NCBI GenBank assembly: GCA_010093605.1
Contig: MU004202.1
Location: forward strand, 11,560 to 75,559
Length of the DNA: 64,000 nt
Direction of reading: 5' to 3'
Origin: Lophium mytilinum
Lineage: Eukaryota
The translations under genes and the position numbers were made by a program. This document shows, in pieces, positions 13,207-25,817 of the stretch. Within the stretch, counting starts at the first letter, position 1. Each line of letters opens with the position of its first letter. The notes under the pieces were generated by a model. The model was not told where the DNA came from, made no database searches, and saw nothing but the letters and a program-made list of their open reading frames with translations.

Positions 13207-14925
13207 CTACGCCTTCTTTGGCTGCACACTCTCCGAGTCAACAGATCCATCCTCTAGGTCACTCCCATTCCTTTGCCCTAAAACCACACTAGAGTCGCCA
13301 TCGAACAGCATACTCATCTCTTCCAAAGTGTACCCCTTAGTTTCAGGGAAAAACATGAAGATCAAAACCAACCAAACTACATTAAGCGCCAGGTAAAATA
13401 TGTAGTAGTGATACCCGATCTTTGCCAGCGCGATCGGATTCACATACATGTTGATAATCAGCGCAATCTGGCCAACGAAGTTCTTGACTGCTAGCCCCTT
13501 CGTGCGCATGAAGTACGGCATGATCTCCGTGGGGTAGGAGTAGAGAAGCGGGTTGCAGGCGATGTTGTACATGATGTCGAAGAGAAAGAGGCAGACGATG
13601 ACGCCATATCCAGCGCCTTTGGACTTTTTCGTGGCGTAAGTGGCGGAGAGGGCGATGAATGGGACGAAGATGACGATCATGCCTATGAAGGAAGACATCC
13701 AGAGCTTGCGCCGGCCAATGCGTTCAGCAAGGAGGGCGCCAATGATAGAGGCGATGAGGTTGGCTATGTTTAGGCCGCCGTTGATCCCGGTTCTAAGAGA
13801 GTCGGTCAGAAATGTGCGAGTAGTAGGGTTCAGTAGACTTACTGGCTCGTCGTATCAGTGATACCAATGCTGTTCAGAATGGGAGAGAAGTAGTAAGTGA
13901 GGATGTTCTGTCCACACCACAGCGTCATCAAAGTCATGCAAACAACAATCGAAAGCCTATGGACGTTCTGTCTTTGCGTGAGGAGAGCTTTCCAGGTCAT
14001 GCCCTCTTTCGCTGTCTCAATCGCCATCTTGATCTCCGCAACTTGGTTGACCACTACCTCATCATTCGGGTTACCGTTTCCGTGGTACTTCGTAATAATC
14101 GCAACCGCCTCGTCTGTGCGGCCCTGGGAGACCAACCATCGAGGACTCTCTGGAACCCACCAGATGAGCGTCATGACGAGGCACGGGATCAAAGCTTGCA
14201 AGACCGACGGGATCCGCCACGCCCAGGTGTCGGTCTTGGGCATGTGACTAGTACCAAAGCACGTCCAAGCCACGATAATGGAGCCGAGATACCAGAACGG
14301 GTTGAAGAATGATACGAGGGTGCCTCTGATTCGAGGATGGGCCAATTCGGCTAGGAGCGCGGGGCCAGCGTTGGTGACGAAGGCGATGCCAAATCCGAGA
14401 ATAAAACGAGCTCCCATGTACTGGCCTCGACTTTGGGATCCGGCTTGGAAACCGGCGCCGACGATGGTGAAGAATTGACCAATTCCGAGGGCGAGTTTAC
14501 GACCGCTGGAGGCATATTAGTAAGGGTGCATCAGCTTTAACGAGGGTGTTCATACTATTTGTCCGTAATAATCGAAGCAGGAAAACTTCCGCAAAGACAT
14601 CCGATGAAATAGATAGCTGTAATGACACCGAGTTCAGACGCATTAGGCTTGCCCATATCTAGACGCCATTAGTCTTTTGATCGTTTCGGAAATGCAGATA
14701 TAACATACCAAGCTTCCACTTCTTGAAACTCTGCAAATTCGCCGTCAAGGTAGCGTCAAAGCCTGTGCAAACCTGCGTTAGATAGATGATCACGATCGGA
14801 AACATCATCTTCCGCACTCCGGCGTCCTTGTACCATCGTGGCTGCTTCTCTGTTGATATCTGGATGACTTTGGAGGGCGGTTGTTGCGCCTGGCGCCGAA
14901 TCCTAGCACTTGGTCGAAGCAGCAT
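13207..14925 (-). CDS. Sugar porter family MFS transporter (lactose/cellodextrin/hexose permease-like)
   Basis: ELAHPRIRG, WAWRIPSVLQ, PESPRWL, GRRKL and FPETKG.TLEE sugar-porter motifs; three short introns (~14660-14709, ~14506-14556, ~13793-13841). Confidence 0.92.
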
Positions 14926-15935
14926 GACTGAATGCGATGTCTTGCAAAGGAGAAAAAGCAGAGACGATGAGAATTTGTCCTTGAGATTTCGTCAAGCCCG
15001 ACTGGTTCCTGGATACCTCAGAACGCAACGCGACCCGGGTTCATATACACAAGCCTTGTGTAGCTTTGCTATCACAGGTGTCGACAGAGGTCAGCGTACC
15101 AGAGCTATCGCGTTACAGACCCCGACCCGACGGTGCAACAGCCACAATCAAGCGCCGTCCAGGATGCCCGATAGGTATGGACTTTAGATCCTATGCCTCT
15201 ATCGTGAGGTATCCGACGGGATACGAGCCAGGTCAGTAGTGAAGAAGTCTAGGGCTATTCGAGGATGGTGGAGGGCGGGAGCCAGTTTAAAGCTGTGGGG
15301 TAAAGCGGATGGCGGGAAAGGAGTCAAAATACGACGGTGTACATCCCTGTGTCAATCGGTGCGAGCTAAACTAGTTTCCATCTTTCTCGCATTGACCTAG
15401 TGTTGGCGGCGTTCCTGATAAGCGGTGCCATGACTCAAGAAGGCCGTCGTGAAGAGAGGACATTCGTACCCCGCAGGAAGTGTGCGTGGCGAGCTGAATG
15501 ATGTTGTGCAGCTGTGGTGGCGGGAGGATTCCGATGCCGAGTAACCGGTCGCTGGGTCGCGAAGTATGGAGGAGAATGTTATGGACACCTGGGGGAAAAT
15601 TGAAGCTGCGATTATCGATAGAGTCAAATCAGTCGGAGCTTCTCTGTGTGCATGTTTTAGAAGGTGAGGGTACTGAGTGCTGCCCTGACTGAACTCTTAG
15701 TAGAAGTCTTCATGATAAATCCACATATTGATCTATCACCGCTAGAAGTAACTCGAGGTGTTGACTGCATGCTTCATAGTGCCTGAGGCTGATTTGCATG
15801 TGTGTATCGATGTATGGAATTCTGACGGCAGTAGTCATTCGTAGAACAGAGCTACTATGAGGTGATATAGCTCCTACCCGTCCTTGCAGATATGTACATG
15901 AAAGCCCTCCATATTACGCCGTTCGAATCGAAACT

Positions 15936-17164
15936 TCAATAATGCTTAACGCCAGCAAGCTTCAACAACTTATCGCTTCTCTCCGGTAAGGTCAGCGGCT
16001 GTTCCCGGTCCCTGGGATCCCTCGTACCGTCCTCTAAGAACGTCTTCGTGTCTCTTGGTACGATATTATCATGAGGCCAATGTGTCGTTCCGCTATAGCT
16101 CTCAAACGCCTGCGCCTTGAGCGCCAGCTGCTCTGGACTCGCTAGTCTCGCGGGAGTATACGCGGAATAGATGACTGTCCGTATCTGCTCGCTCTTCTCC
16201 GACGGCTCCGCGCCGTAGTGAACAGTGCGGCTGTCCCATAGTATCAGATCGCCGACCTCTGCGCACACCTTTAGAGGCGCGATTCCGCGGGCTCGGAACC
16301 ACGCAAGTTGGTCTTCATCGAACAAATATCTATCCAAGGGCTGCCAGGTAGATTCATCGGTGTTGGTGTCGAAAAACTCGTCGTTCAGAGCGTGCGAGCC
16401 GGGGTATACGACTAAGCCTCCATCTTCTGGTCCAGAAGGCGAGAGGTTTAGGATACCCTGCACGCAATGAAGGCCGCGTCTCAGAGGACTTTGGTCGATG
16501 TGCTCCCATGCCGGCTTTCGGGGGACGTCTTTGCGGTTCGGAAGGGTGATGTTGAGGCTGTCGAAGCTGGCTAGCAGGTTCTCGGTGCCCCATAGCAATG
16601 CAAACGCGTCCAGTACACCTGGCTCCATTCTCGCATCCCACATGAACTTCTCGTGGGCGACGCAGTAAGAGTGAAATGTGTTAATTTTGCTTTGGACAGG
16701 TAGGTTCTGCTTGATCCAGGTATCGGGGTTGTTCAAGTCAAGCTCAGTGCTGAACGACTTCAGCCAGGCATATGCGTCCTCCTGGTATTGTATCGCTCGC
16801 TCTTTTGGGATGGCTCCCTTTACTACGGCGAACCCATTCTTCTGCAAGTCGGCTCGCCAGTCGCTGTACTTTGGCCTGATTGTGAAATTAGCCGACATAT
16901 ACACGAATACGAACGACATGGAAGTGTGCATAATCGGTAGACTCGGTTGGTGGCCTCAAGCAGTGGCAGATAGGTGTACAAGAGACTAAATCGCTCTGAA
17001 ATATTGAGGAAATACATTGAAGCACCACGGGCAGTGGTAGACCAGTGTGAACAGATATATACAAGGCGTGGCGGAGAAAGAGCAGCGACTTACGATACGA
17101 CGTTTGCGATGGGCGCAGCAACGAGTTTGGGTGAGCTTTGAGGAGTGATTGCGCTGGGTGCCAT
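15936..17164 (-). CDS. PhyH-like Fe(II)/2-oxoglutarate dioxygenase
   Basis: HIDQS ... GGLVVYPGSH ... GDLILWDSRTVHY (HxD...H facial triad). Exon 1 MAPSAITPQSSPKLVAAPIANVVS splices in frame through intron 16876-17093 (GTAAGT...CTAAT..CAG). Confidence 0.88.
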
Positions 17165-17573
17165 GCTGAGGTATGGGTTGCGATTTGATCGTGTTTGCGT
17201 GAAAGAAGATGTTGAACTCGCTTGTTATGTAGTATAGCGGGGTATATAGATCCGGGAACATATCGCGTAGGATGTATCTGCTACTTGGCAAGGCGTCTGC
17301 AAATGGTGTGACCGGGAATATTATTCGGCCAGTCAAAATAACGTTCGAACGAGCTTAATCCGGTGGGTCGTGTTAGGGTCATCGGATGCAGCTTAGCTGG
17401 AATTGCTGAGTTCGCTAGACCTGTCAGAGAATGCCGTCGGGTGGCAGCACCCGTTTTTGCGACGGAGTGGCGGGCTCCACGATCTCATCCAGCGATAAGA
17501 TCACCTCTGGGGAAAAAATTGGTAATTCTTACAGAAACGAACGCTGAGCATGCGCTCGGAGCCTTCCGACTCC

Positions 17574-19942
17574 CTAGAACAGCAGAAGACCTGGATTTTT
17601 CGTTTGCATTAGCACTTCCCAATGAGCAGGTTCGCCGCTAATATGTCTTCGCCATATTTCTTCCATTATCTTGTGGGCGCTCGAAATGTTACCAAATCCG
17701 ATAGTGTTTTCCATAATGTTGATCCGGTATTCCAATGTCAGCCGATTGGCTTTGGTAACACTTCCAACACCAGCCATGAAAAGTGGAAATAGTATATGCG
17801 TTTCCATTTGCGAGCCTGGCCGTATCAAAGAAAGTGCAGAAATAATGTTCTCGGTGGGCCCTTTTGTGCGAGCCTCGTCGTTGACAGAACCATGGATAGC
17901 CTGGCGAAGCCGTAGAATAGAAGCCCATTGAATGGCGAAAGCAGCTGCCCTCACTTCCGTCGCATCTATATGCGGTGCTAGATTTTCGGGTGGACTCCAG
18001 CTTTGTAGCAGGAGTTCGATAGCCTCAGCTTCAAAGTGGAGGGCCTGCTCTTTGACTACATCAGGAAAGTTGAGGGCGGCTCGTTGAGCTACTAGTCGAT
18101 TTATGCGAGGAAGTAACTGGTAAAGCTCTCCAGAAATACCAACCAAAGGGTGTATAGTAAGCCCATCTCGTCGTTTAGAGGACTCCCAGAGGTCTAATGC
18201 CGTTCCGCAAATCCGCGGCACATTGGTTGATGTGACAGAAGCGATACCTACAGGTGCGGCTGAGTTTTAGAAATGGCCTAAGAAGAGGGTCGTCATACGT
18301 ACAGCAAAGGTAATTATACAGCTCCACGAGAAAGTTGAACGGTGTTCCAACGACCTCGAAATCGATGTGTGATAACAGAGCATGAGCCCCGTGGAGATAC
18401 AGCAGCCACTTCCTCGAGTCCCCTTCACAGATCTGTAGCACCAGATTAGATTCAAGAGCATTTTGTAAGATAAAGCTGTCTAAATCAGCCCGGGTTCACT
18501 TCGGCAATCTTCCTTCCCCATCTCCAGACGTCCTGCAGCATGATAAGATCATGACCACAGGGATCGCACCAAGAGGCACGATCCCGACGGCTCTGATAAA
18601 ACACAAAGCAGAGTCCGGATTTCCGGCTCAGTCCGTGCAGTCATTGGCAACCTCTTTGTGAGAGTTTAATATCACCCAGGGATGCCCTAACATGATCGCG
18701 GTAGGCACACGGATCGCATGATATCATAAGATCTGAACGGTCTTGATAAACATCACGTAGAGTCCAGAAGCCCGATCCAGCCCGTGCTAAACTTAACTTT
18801 CTCAGTGCAAGATTTTGCAACACTAGGAAGTCCGCCAAGGTGATATCATGACTAGCACAACGATCGCACGGATGTCTTATCCGAAGTGGTTCTATCACAG
18901 GTCGAAGAGTATACAAAATTGTAAGACGTACCTCTAGTAAGCACAGCAGTAGGGTCCCTGCGAGGGCCCACACTACAGTGTCTTTTTGGTCAAGCTCTGC
19001 TTTAAGGCCCTCTAAGGCTCTCGTTCTATGAACAAGTAGATTTCGCGTAAAGTCGGGATACACTTTGGAGAGATGGCAAGCCGATAAGGCAGCCAAAGCG
19101 TTTCGAACAACACGATTTTCCAACGCCATGGGTACGATGAAGCGAAGGAAGGGGTTGTACTCGTCACTAACCACTACCAGAGAGCGTGATACGGATTGGA
19201 GAAAGTGATTCAGCAGGTGCCTCTCGCCTATCGTCCACTTAGACAGGGCTTCGGGCGTTATTCCCGTAAGATTGCCGAGAGCGGTAGCTGGTAGGGACGC
19301 AAAGCTAGCATCAGGGGGTTCCTCGTCGCTAGCACGCTCGTGCGGCAACACCTTCAAGGCGCTGCTATTCGCCAAAGTGCCCTTCTTCAATTCGGAAGTG
19401 TAATCCTCCTCTATGACCGTAATCCAGTCAAACAGCGAAGATGGCGGCTCATCCATACCCGTGGTGTGTCCACGATTAGCCGCATGATTCCCGTTCGGTA
19501 CAGGGGTTGGACTCAAACTGTCCACGTGACTTCGAGACGGCGTACTCAATTGACCAGGCGAGGCAGAAGGCGACGCTCCGTATCCCGACGGCGAACGCGA
19601 CGGAGTCGTCTTAAAGGCGCACACCAAGCTCAATCTCTTACAATCTCCACAAATCGGCCGCGCTTCGTCACACTTCTTCCGCCTATTTCGACAGCTATCA
19701 CAGCCTCCCGACGACCTAGAGTGCTGAGCCCTAAATCTAGTCCTTTTGGCGGCAGAGGCAGTGGGTCGTTGTAGGCCTTGTGGGGCATCATCGTCTTGTT
19801 GTGTCGTAAATGCGGCCCGTTCGTCGTGGTTCCCGAGGCTGCATGCCAGAGAGAGCCGCTTGCAACGCGCACAGGGTGCTTCCTTAGAGCAAACGGTCTT
19901 GATAGCTGCGCAGGTCTGGCAGGCGGTCTTCTTGCGGCCCAT
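17574..19942 (-). CDS. Fungal transcription factor with two Zn(II)2Cys6 clusters and a C-terminal Fungal_trans_2-like domain
   Basis: CQTCAAIKTVCSKEAPCARCKRLSLAC and CDSCRNRRKKCDEARPICGDCKRLSLVC; NPFLRFIVPMA, LLCLLE|ICEGDSRKW..YLHGA, FPLFMAG; introns 18433-18931 and ~18248-18301. Confidence 0.9.
18480..18900. repeat. ~150-bp tandem repeat (about 3 units) inside TF intron
   Basis: caca..gatcgca at 18556, 18706 and 18856 (exact 150 spacing); tgataaa, agagtcc and cag.ccgtgc also recur about 150 bp apart. Confidence 0.8.
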
Positions 19943-20929
19943 GGCTGGGCTTCCCGAAGGCCATGCAATTCAAAGCGAAAAAATTGATGCGGAAGTGTGA
20001 AGGAGGACAGCTCCGCGTCTTCTCACGACGGGAAATCGGGAGTATTCTAGTCTGGGGTATTGCCCCGAAGTGCGGCCTATCATTATTCCCTGCGTTGGTG
20101 TGCTTCGGCCGAACTCCCTGGTTTCATCGCCCATTTCCAAGAACGACTAGAGAGAGGCAGACGGTCCGAATAATAGCGATGATCGTACTGTGTATATGGA
20201 CGGCCAAGACCATCACGCCGCATCGGCGCAGGCTGAGATGTTCGGCAACATTATACTCTATACTGTTCAGAACAGTCACGCTGCGTCGCTTAGATCTTTA
20301 ACACTGTGTCTGACAGCGGCGACCCAGTCCACACATGCTGCTGATGAGACAGTGGTAGTGCCATTGAAGTTGAGTGGTAGACGCTAAGCCACGGGCTCGC
20401 CACGTGAGATTCACGTGCCATTCTCGACAGTTTACCCACCTCGGGTAGTTCCGTGAGATGACCCGAAGAACGCCACATCCGCTCATCCCTTGGAAGGCAT
20501 AGAAGGCTCCCTCATACGACGGGATTCATTATAAACACCATTTTTCTTTGGCGACGGGACGACACTGCATCCACAGCAGCGTCAGCGGCTCCAATCCAGC
20601 ATCTTCAATCATCGTGGAGCTACTACTGTATGACAACGCAGCATTGACGGACCCTAGGCTCTTGGGAGCGCGATACCTAGCATCGAATAGCCCGCCGCTG
20701 TGATTTAAAATTGGTACTCCGTATTTACTCAATCTTGGGTAGGTACTCGCCCACGGAAGCCTTGTATCAATTTTATTCTACATCCACACCCAAGGCATGC
20801 TATCAAGCCCATGACACCCGTTTCTTCTCCACTCTCCGCTGCCTAAGGATATCTCACATAGCCTGTCACGCCCACAACCGCCGTGATCTATATCATTCAT
20901 TCGCAACTTCCACCTCCCCAAACTCCAAA

Positions 20930-22032
20930 ATGGCGGCTGGTGTCGGTCACGAATCCCTCAATCCCCTCGATCCCGTCGTCCTCCCCAAACTCGACCCTAA
21001 ATTCGTTGAGATCTACAACAAAAATGTGGCCAATACGCTCAACAAGCCCATTGACCTAAACGTGCTCCGCAAAGTGTACTCACGAATGTATGGCTACGCC
21101 ACAGCAGCTGGCCCAGAATGCGCGAAAGAATATGAACTTGAGGTGCCTGGGTGGAGCAAATATCCTGGCAGCATCGCTATTCGGATTTACGAGCCGCATG
21201 GTGAGAAACCGGAGGCTGGGTGGCCTGTGCACTTTGACTTTCACGGCGGAGGTGAGTACATTTTCAGCATTTGGAAGAATCATGAAATTGACTTTCAAAA
21301 GGCTGGGGTCTAGGCGACCTAGAAACGGAATCGCATATATGTCGCCACATCTGCGTCAACGCCGGCGTGATAGTGGTAGATGTGGACTACCGTCTCGTAC
21401 CAGAATACCCATTCCCAGTCGGCGTCCGCGACTGCGAAGCAGTGCTCAGACACGTACTTTCCAAGCCCGCCGAGTTCAAGATTAATCCATCTATCATAAC
21501 GTTCGGCGGCGTCTCTGCCGGTGCCTGCATAGCCCTTATCGTGAACCATCTTGCACGAGACGCCGGGATCCCCATCAAAGGCGTTATTGTAGGAACGCCA
21601 ACAGTTGCGGATATTTCGACCTGCGCCACAGCATCAGACTCACCGTATCCCTCTATCAGAGATATGGAATTTGCGCCGCTGCTGAACTGGGCGCGGCTGA
21701 AGTGGTTTGACACACTTAAATGGGAGTCACTCGAAAAGGATGACTCTGCGAAGCGAGCGGAGCAAGAGAAGGACGTGAGTTGGTTCCGTGACATCATACA
21801 AGCACCCAACTGCGAGGGTTTGGCTAATATCACGGTAATCATGACGGCGGAGTGCGATCCCCTGCGCGATGAGGGAGAGGCATATGGGAGGATGATCGAG
21901 GAGAAGGGGAACAAGGTTGTAGTGAAGCGGTTTAAGGGAGTACCGCATCCGTTTCAACATATGGACGCGGCATTGGATCAGGCGAAGGAGTTCATCCAAG
22001 ATACGGTCGATTATGTGATAGCATGTCAGTAG
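20930..22032 (+). CDS. Alpha/beta hydrolase, hormone-sensitive lipase (abhydrolase_3) family esterase
   Basis: FHGGG|W oxyanion motif, VDYRLVPEYPFP, GVSAG nucleophile, AECDPLRDEG, GVPH; intron 21252-21301. Confidence 0.92.
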
Positions 22033-22342
22033 AATGTATGAATCAGCAAAATTTCAACCTGGTTGAACTTCGCTTTTGGCGCAGTGGGTACACTGTTCTA
22101 ATACTCTGTATGGTCCTCTGCCAAAACATACTTTTCCAGACCCGATGCAAATATTTTTAAGGGCGTGATTCAAGAGAGCGAGTGCGGACACCCTTTCAAG
22201 TGGACCATGAAAAAGATGACACTCTTTTAGCTTCTAAAACGAGCTGCCGTAGGTGTGAGAGCGTGTATGCTACTACCAAGCACACGTCAACGCATTTTGA
22301 AAAATCCGAACGAAGTAGAGCTGTACACTGGATTTCGTACCC

Positions 22343-23557
22343 TTACTTCTTCAGGATAGTTCTCCTGCTCACTAACGGGCTATCTGGCTTCAGATTATTT
22401 AAATCATGAGCATCCAGACACGCCTGCCGACTCCAAAGTACCGCCGGCCCTGTTCTCTCCCTGACTTCTTCCTCATACGCATTGACTGCATCCTCAAACG
22501 AGCCTCCATTTATACCGGCCTCAGCCAGCCGCTCGCTGAGCTTCGCAGCATCCGTAATGCCATGGTTGAATGCCTCTCCTCGATACATCGTCATAGCATG
22601 CGCTGCATCGCCCACCAACGTAACAGTACCGGACCTATTGTCCCACTTCCTGGTCGGCCAGTCCTGCAGCTTAATCTCTAGAACCTCCGTATCATCCGGA
22701 ATGTCATCGACCACCTTCTTCAATCTTTTCTCAAATGGCTGCGCCATCTGCTTCATCTTCACCATACGCTCTCTCGCCGTTGTCGGCACCTCGTCCTCTG
22801 CCGTTTTCACGAGCCATGACATATTAAGCTGACCCTCATAATATTCCCCGTCGCCACTCGACCCATTGACCTCAGGGGTAGAGAGCATAGAGAACCACAG
22901 ATAAGCCCCCGTCGCCGGAAGACAGCCCTGGAAGAGCAACGGATCGATCTCCCTGAGCGGCTTCACCTCCTCCGGCGTCATCCTTACCGTCACACCCATG
23001 AATCGCACGGGCAGCTGATACAATTTTGCTTCCTCCGCCCCCATCAGCGCTCGTCGCGTACGGCTACTGCTCCCGTCCGCGCCCACAAGTAGAGAGCCCC
23101 TCGCCTCCGTCCCGTCTTCAAACTTCACGATAACCTCGTCATTCGAGATGCTGTCAAATGAGGCGAAGTTCTTGCCCCAATGAATTTCCTTTTCCAACCC
23201 CTCTGTCAAGAGTGCTCTTAGTTTCTTGCGGTTGATACGCATGCGCTTGGAAGGCGGAATGACGTAGCGGGGCTCTGCAGTGGCTAGGTCGAGGAATAGG
23301 AAGCGACCGGTGTCTTTAATGCCTTGCTGTGGATCCACTTGGATATCTTTTAGGCGGGCGAAGAGGTCGGGTGGCAGGCAGGATTCGAGGGCTGTGAGGG
23401 CCCAGTGCACGGTGATTCCCCAGCCACCGTCCGAAGTAGCGAGGGACGGGTCGCGCTCGTATATTTGAAAGGGGATTGATGCCTTTTTGAGGGCTTGGGC
23501 GAGGGTGAGGCCCACCACGCCGCCGCCGACGATGAGGATGGGGAGTCGCGATGTCAT
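22343..23557 (-). CDS. FAD-dependent monooxygenase (group A flavoprotein hydroxylase)
   Basis: GGGVVG, GADG and GDAAH..MYRGEAFNHGI fingerprints; probable start MTSRLP at 23557. Confidence 0.92.
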   Translation of the reverse strand: MTSRLPILIVGGGVVGLTLAQALKKASIPFQIYERDPSLATSDGGWGITVHWALTALESCLPPDLFARLKDIQVDPQQGIKDTGRFLFLDLATAEPRYVIPPSKRMRINRKKLRALLTEGLEKEIHWGKNFASFDSISNDEVIVKFEDGTEARGSLLVGADGSSSRTRRALMGAEEAKLYQLPVRFMGVTVRMTPEEVKPLREIDPLLFQGCLPATGAYLWFSMLSTPEVNGSSGDGEYYEGQLNMSWLVKTAEDEVPTTARERMVKMKQMAQPFEKRLKKVVDDIPDDTEVLEIKLQDWPTRKWDNRSGTVTLVGDAAHAMTMYRGEAFNHGITDAAKLSERLAEAGINGGSFEDAVNAYEEEVRERTGPAVLWSRQACLDAHDLNNLKPDSPLVSRRTILKK

Positions 23558-24141
23558 TTGAGCTTTGATATAAGGAAATATAAAGGAAGAAAAGAGCTGA
23601 TTGACACAGCTAAGGGAAGTCTTCAAAAGAGAGTTTGCTTGAGAGATTGGTAGAGTTGAAGGAGCTAACACTGAGTTTGATAGTTTGTATTGAGCTTCTG
23701 ATGAGTATGGCCTGTCAATGGTGCAGGGTAGATGATGAAGTTGAGAAAGCGCGGATGACCTCGCCGCGATTGGCCGACATTCCTGGGAAAGACATCACGT
23801 TACACGAGGTCTCTCAACCGACTATTTGTCGATGCTGGTTTGGGGCCGGAAAGAGGGGCAGAGACGCGAAGGAAGACAGTGTATACCGTCGTATACGAAG
23901 TATATACGGACCGAGTGGGAGGACGCGCCAGTAGGGAGCTTTGGCGGCAGCAGCATCTCCAACTCCGCAACTTTCGCGCTTCACGACCAAACATCCAGCT
24001 CCAGCACGCTTTCCACGCCTATAGTCCGTCTTATTTCCGAACATCATGACAGCAGGCCGCACAGCATGGCCACTTAGGCCTGTTGTTTATACAGAATACC
24101 TCCCCCCATAGCGCAATTCCTGAAGGCTGCTACGATTCACC

Positions 24142-25247
24142 ATGTCCACCACCTTCAATGGCCAGCGCATCCTCGTTACCGGAGCCAACGGATTCATCGC
24201 CGCCTATTGCATCGCTGACTTACTGAAAAATGGATACCAAGTTGTTGGTACTGTTAGAAGCATAGAGAAAGCATACGCCGTGCTCAAAGCTCACCAGCAC
24301 AACCCGTCCCTCATTCTTGAGATCGTACCCGACGTTACCAAAACCACCGCGTTCGACAAGGCGATCCAAGGGTGCCATGGAGTGCTGCACCTAGCCTCGC
24401 CGTTCGGGTACGCGTATAAAGATTTCGAAGCCGAGCTCCTCGTTCCCAGCATCAAGGGCACGATATCGATATGCCTTGCAGCCACCAAGACGCCAAGCGT
24501 CAAGCGCGTCGTGTTGACAAGCAGTTTTGCTGCTGTTTTTGATGCCTCAGCCGGGCCGTCGCCAGGGAGAATATACAAAGATGACGATTGGTCGCCGTTG
24601 ACGTATGAGGATGGCAAGACGGCGACTGCGACACCGGTGGCATACAGGGCGAGCAAGAAGTTGGCTGAGAAGGCTGCATGGCAATTCATGAACGAGAAGA
24701 AGACTGCTTGGGACCTGATCACTCTGTGTCCTGGGATGGTTTTTGGTGCCTTGTTCCCCGGGACCTTGGACTCTCTCAAGAATCTGAACACCAGCAACCA
24801 GATTGTATGGGGATTGATCGATGCCAAAGAGGTACCTGATACCAAAGCACCTCGTAAGTATTACTCCTCCTGCACGCTACTTTATAAGCACGAAGCGCTG
24901 ACATAAATTTGATAGTCTGGACTTCCGTCACGGCTCTCGCCAGAGCACATCTCCATGCTCTCAACGTACAAGAGGCTGGAAACGAACGATTCCTCGTCAT
25001 AAACGGTAGCTTCGACAACCAGGAGCTTGCGGATATCATACATGAATCCGATCGGATACCCGAGAAAGTGAAGGAAAGAGCTCCCAAAGGCGTTCCTGGA
25101 AGTAGGCTCACGGGCAAGATTTTCACGGCAGACAGCAGCAAAGCTGTTAAGGTTTTGGGTCTTGATCTGGATGTTACGCAACAGAGCTTGCCAAACACAA
25201 TCACCGATTTGGTATTGCAACTTGCAGACATAGACGCGCAGTCATGA
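24142..25247 (+). CDS. NAD(P)-dependent epimerase/dehydratase-type reductase (Gre2/dihydroflavonol-reductase-like)
   Basis: LVTGANGFIA, HLASP, LTSS and YRASK (YxxxK); intron 24854-24915. Confidence 0.92.
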
Positions 25248-25817
25248 AATTGATGTATCAATCTCTTCTCTCGGCGACTTTCAGTGATATTAGGATTTCG
25301 AAAAGAACTACTTGACGGGCGTACAGTCTACCACCGTTCAAGATGCCCTAGCGCTTCCTCGAGCTTCCAGAGCTTATCATTTTGAGCAACCGGCAGGCTT
25401 CACTAGACACCTCAGATAGCGGCAGATAGGCGTACGCAGACTAAAAAATCGCATAACCCGTCGCTTTTAATACCTATAAAACTACCTACTATCCGACGGG
25501 ATATGATCCATGCTCTGCCACGTTCCCACATCTCGGGCACTAGACTAGCGCTAGGACTGGGTTGCTGCCCTGCATCTTAAACGGGAAGACGGTTTATTCC
25601 TTATCGACAATTTACTTTGCCTTACCCGCTAGTCTTGCGGAGCAAAGCCGTGACGACGGGAAAAACAAAACCGACAACGATGATTATCGAACGACTGGAT
25701 TCTAGGGGTTAGCAATGCCCCTCACATTTGCTATCAAGATATACTTGTGGGCATTGTTTACTGAAAAGCACGCAAGTGAACAGAAGACTACCGCGCTACA
25801 CCCTTGATCAAGTCAGT

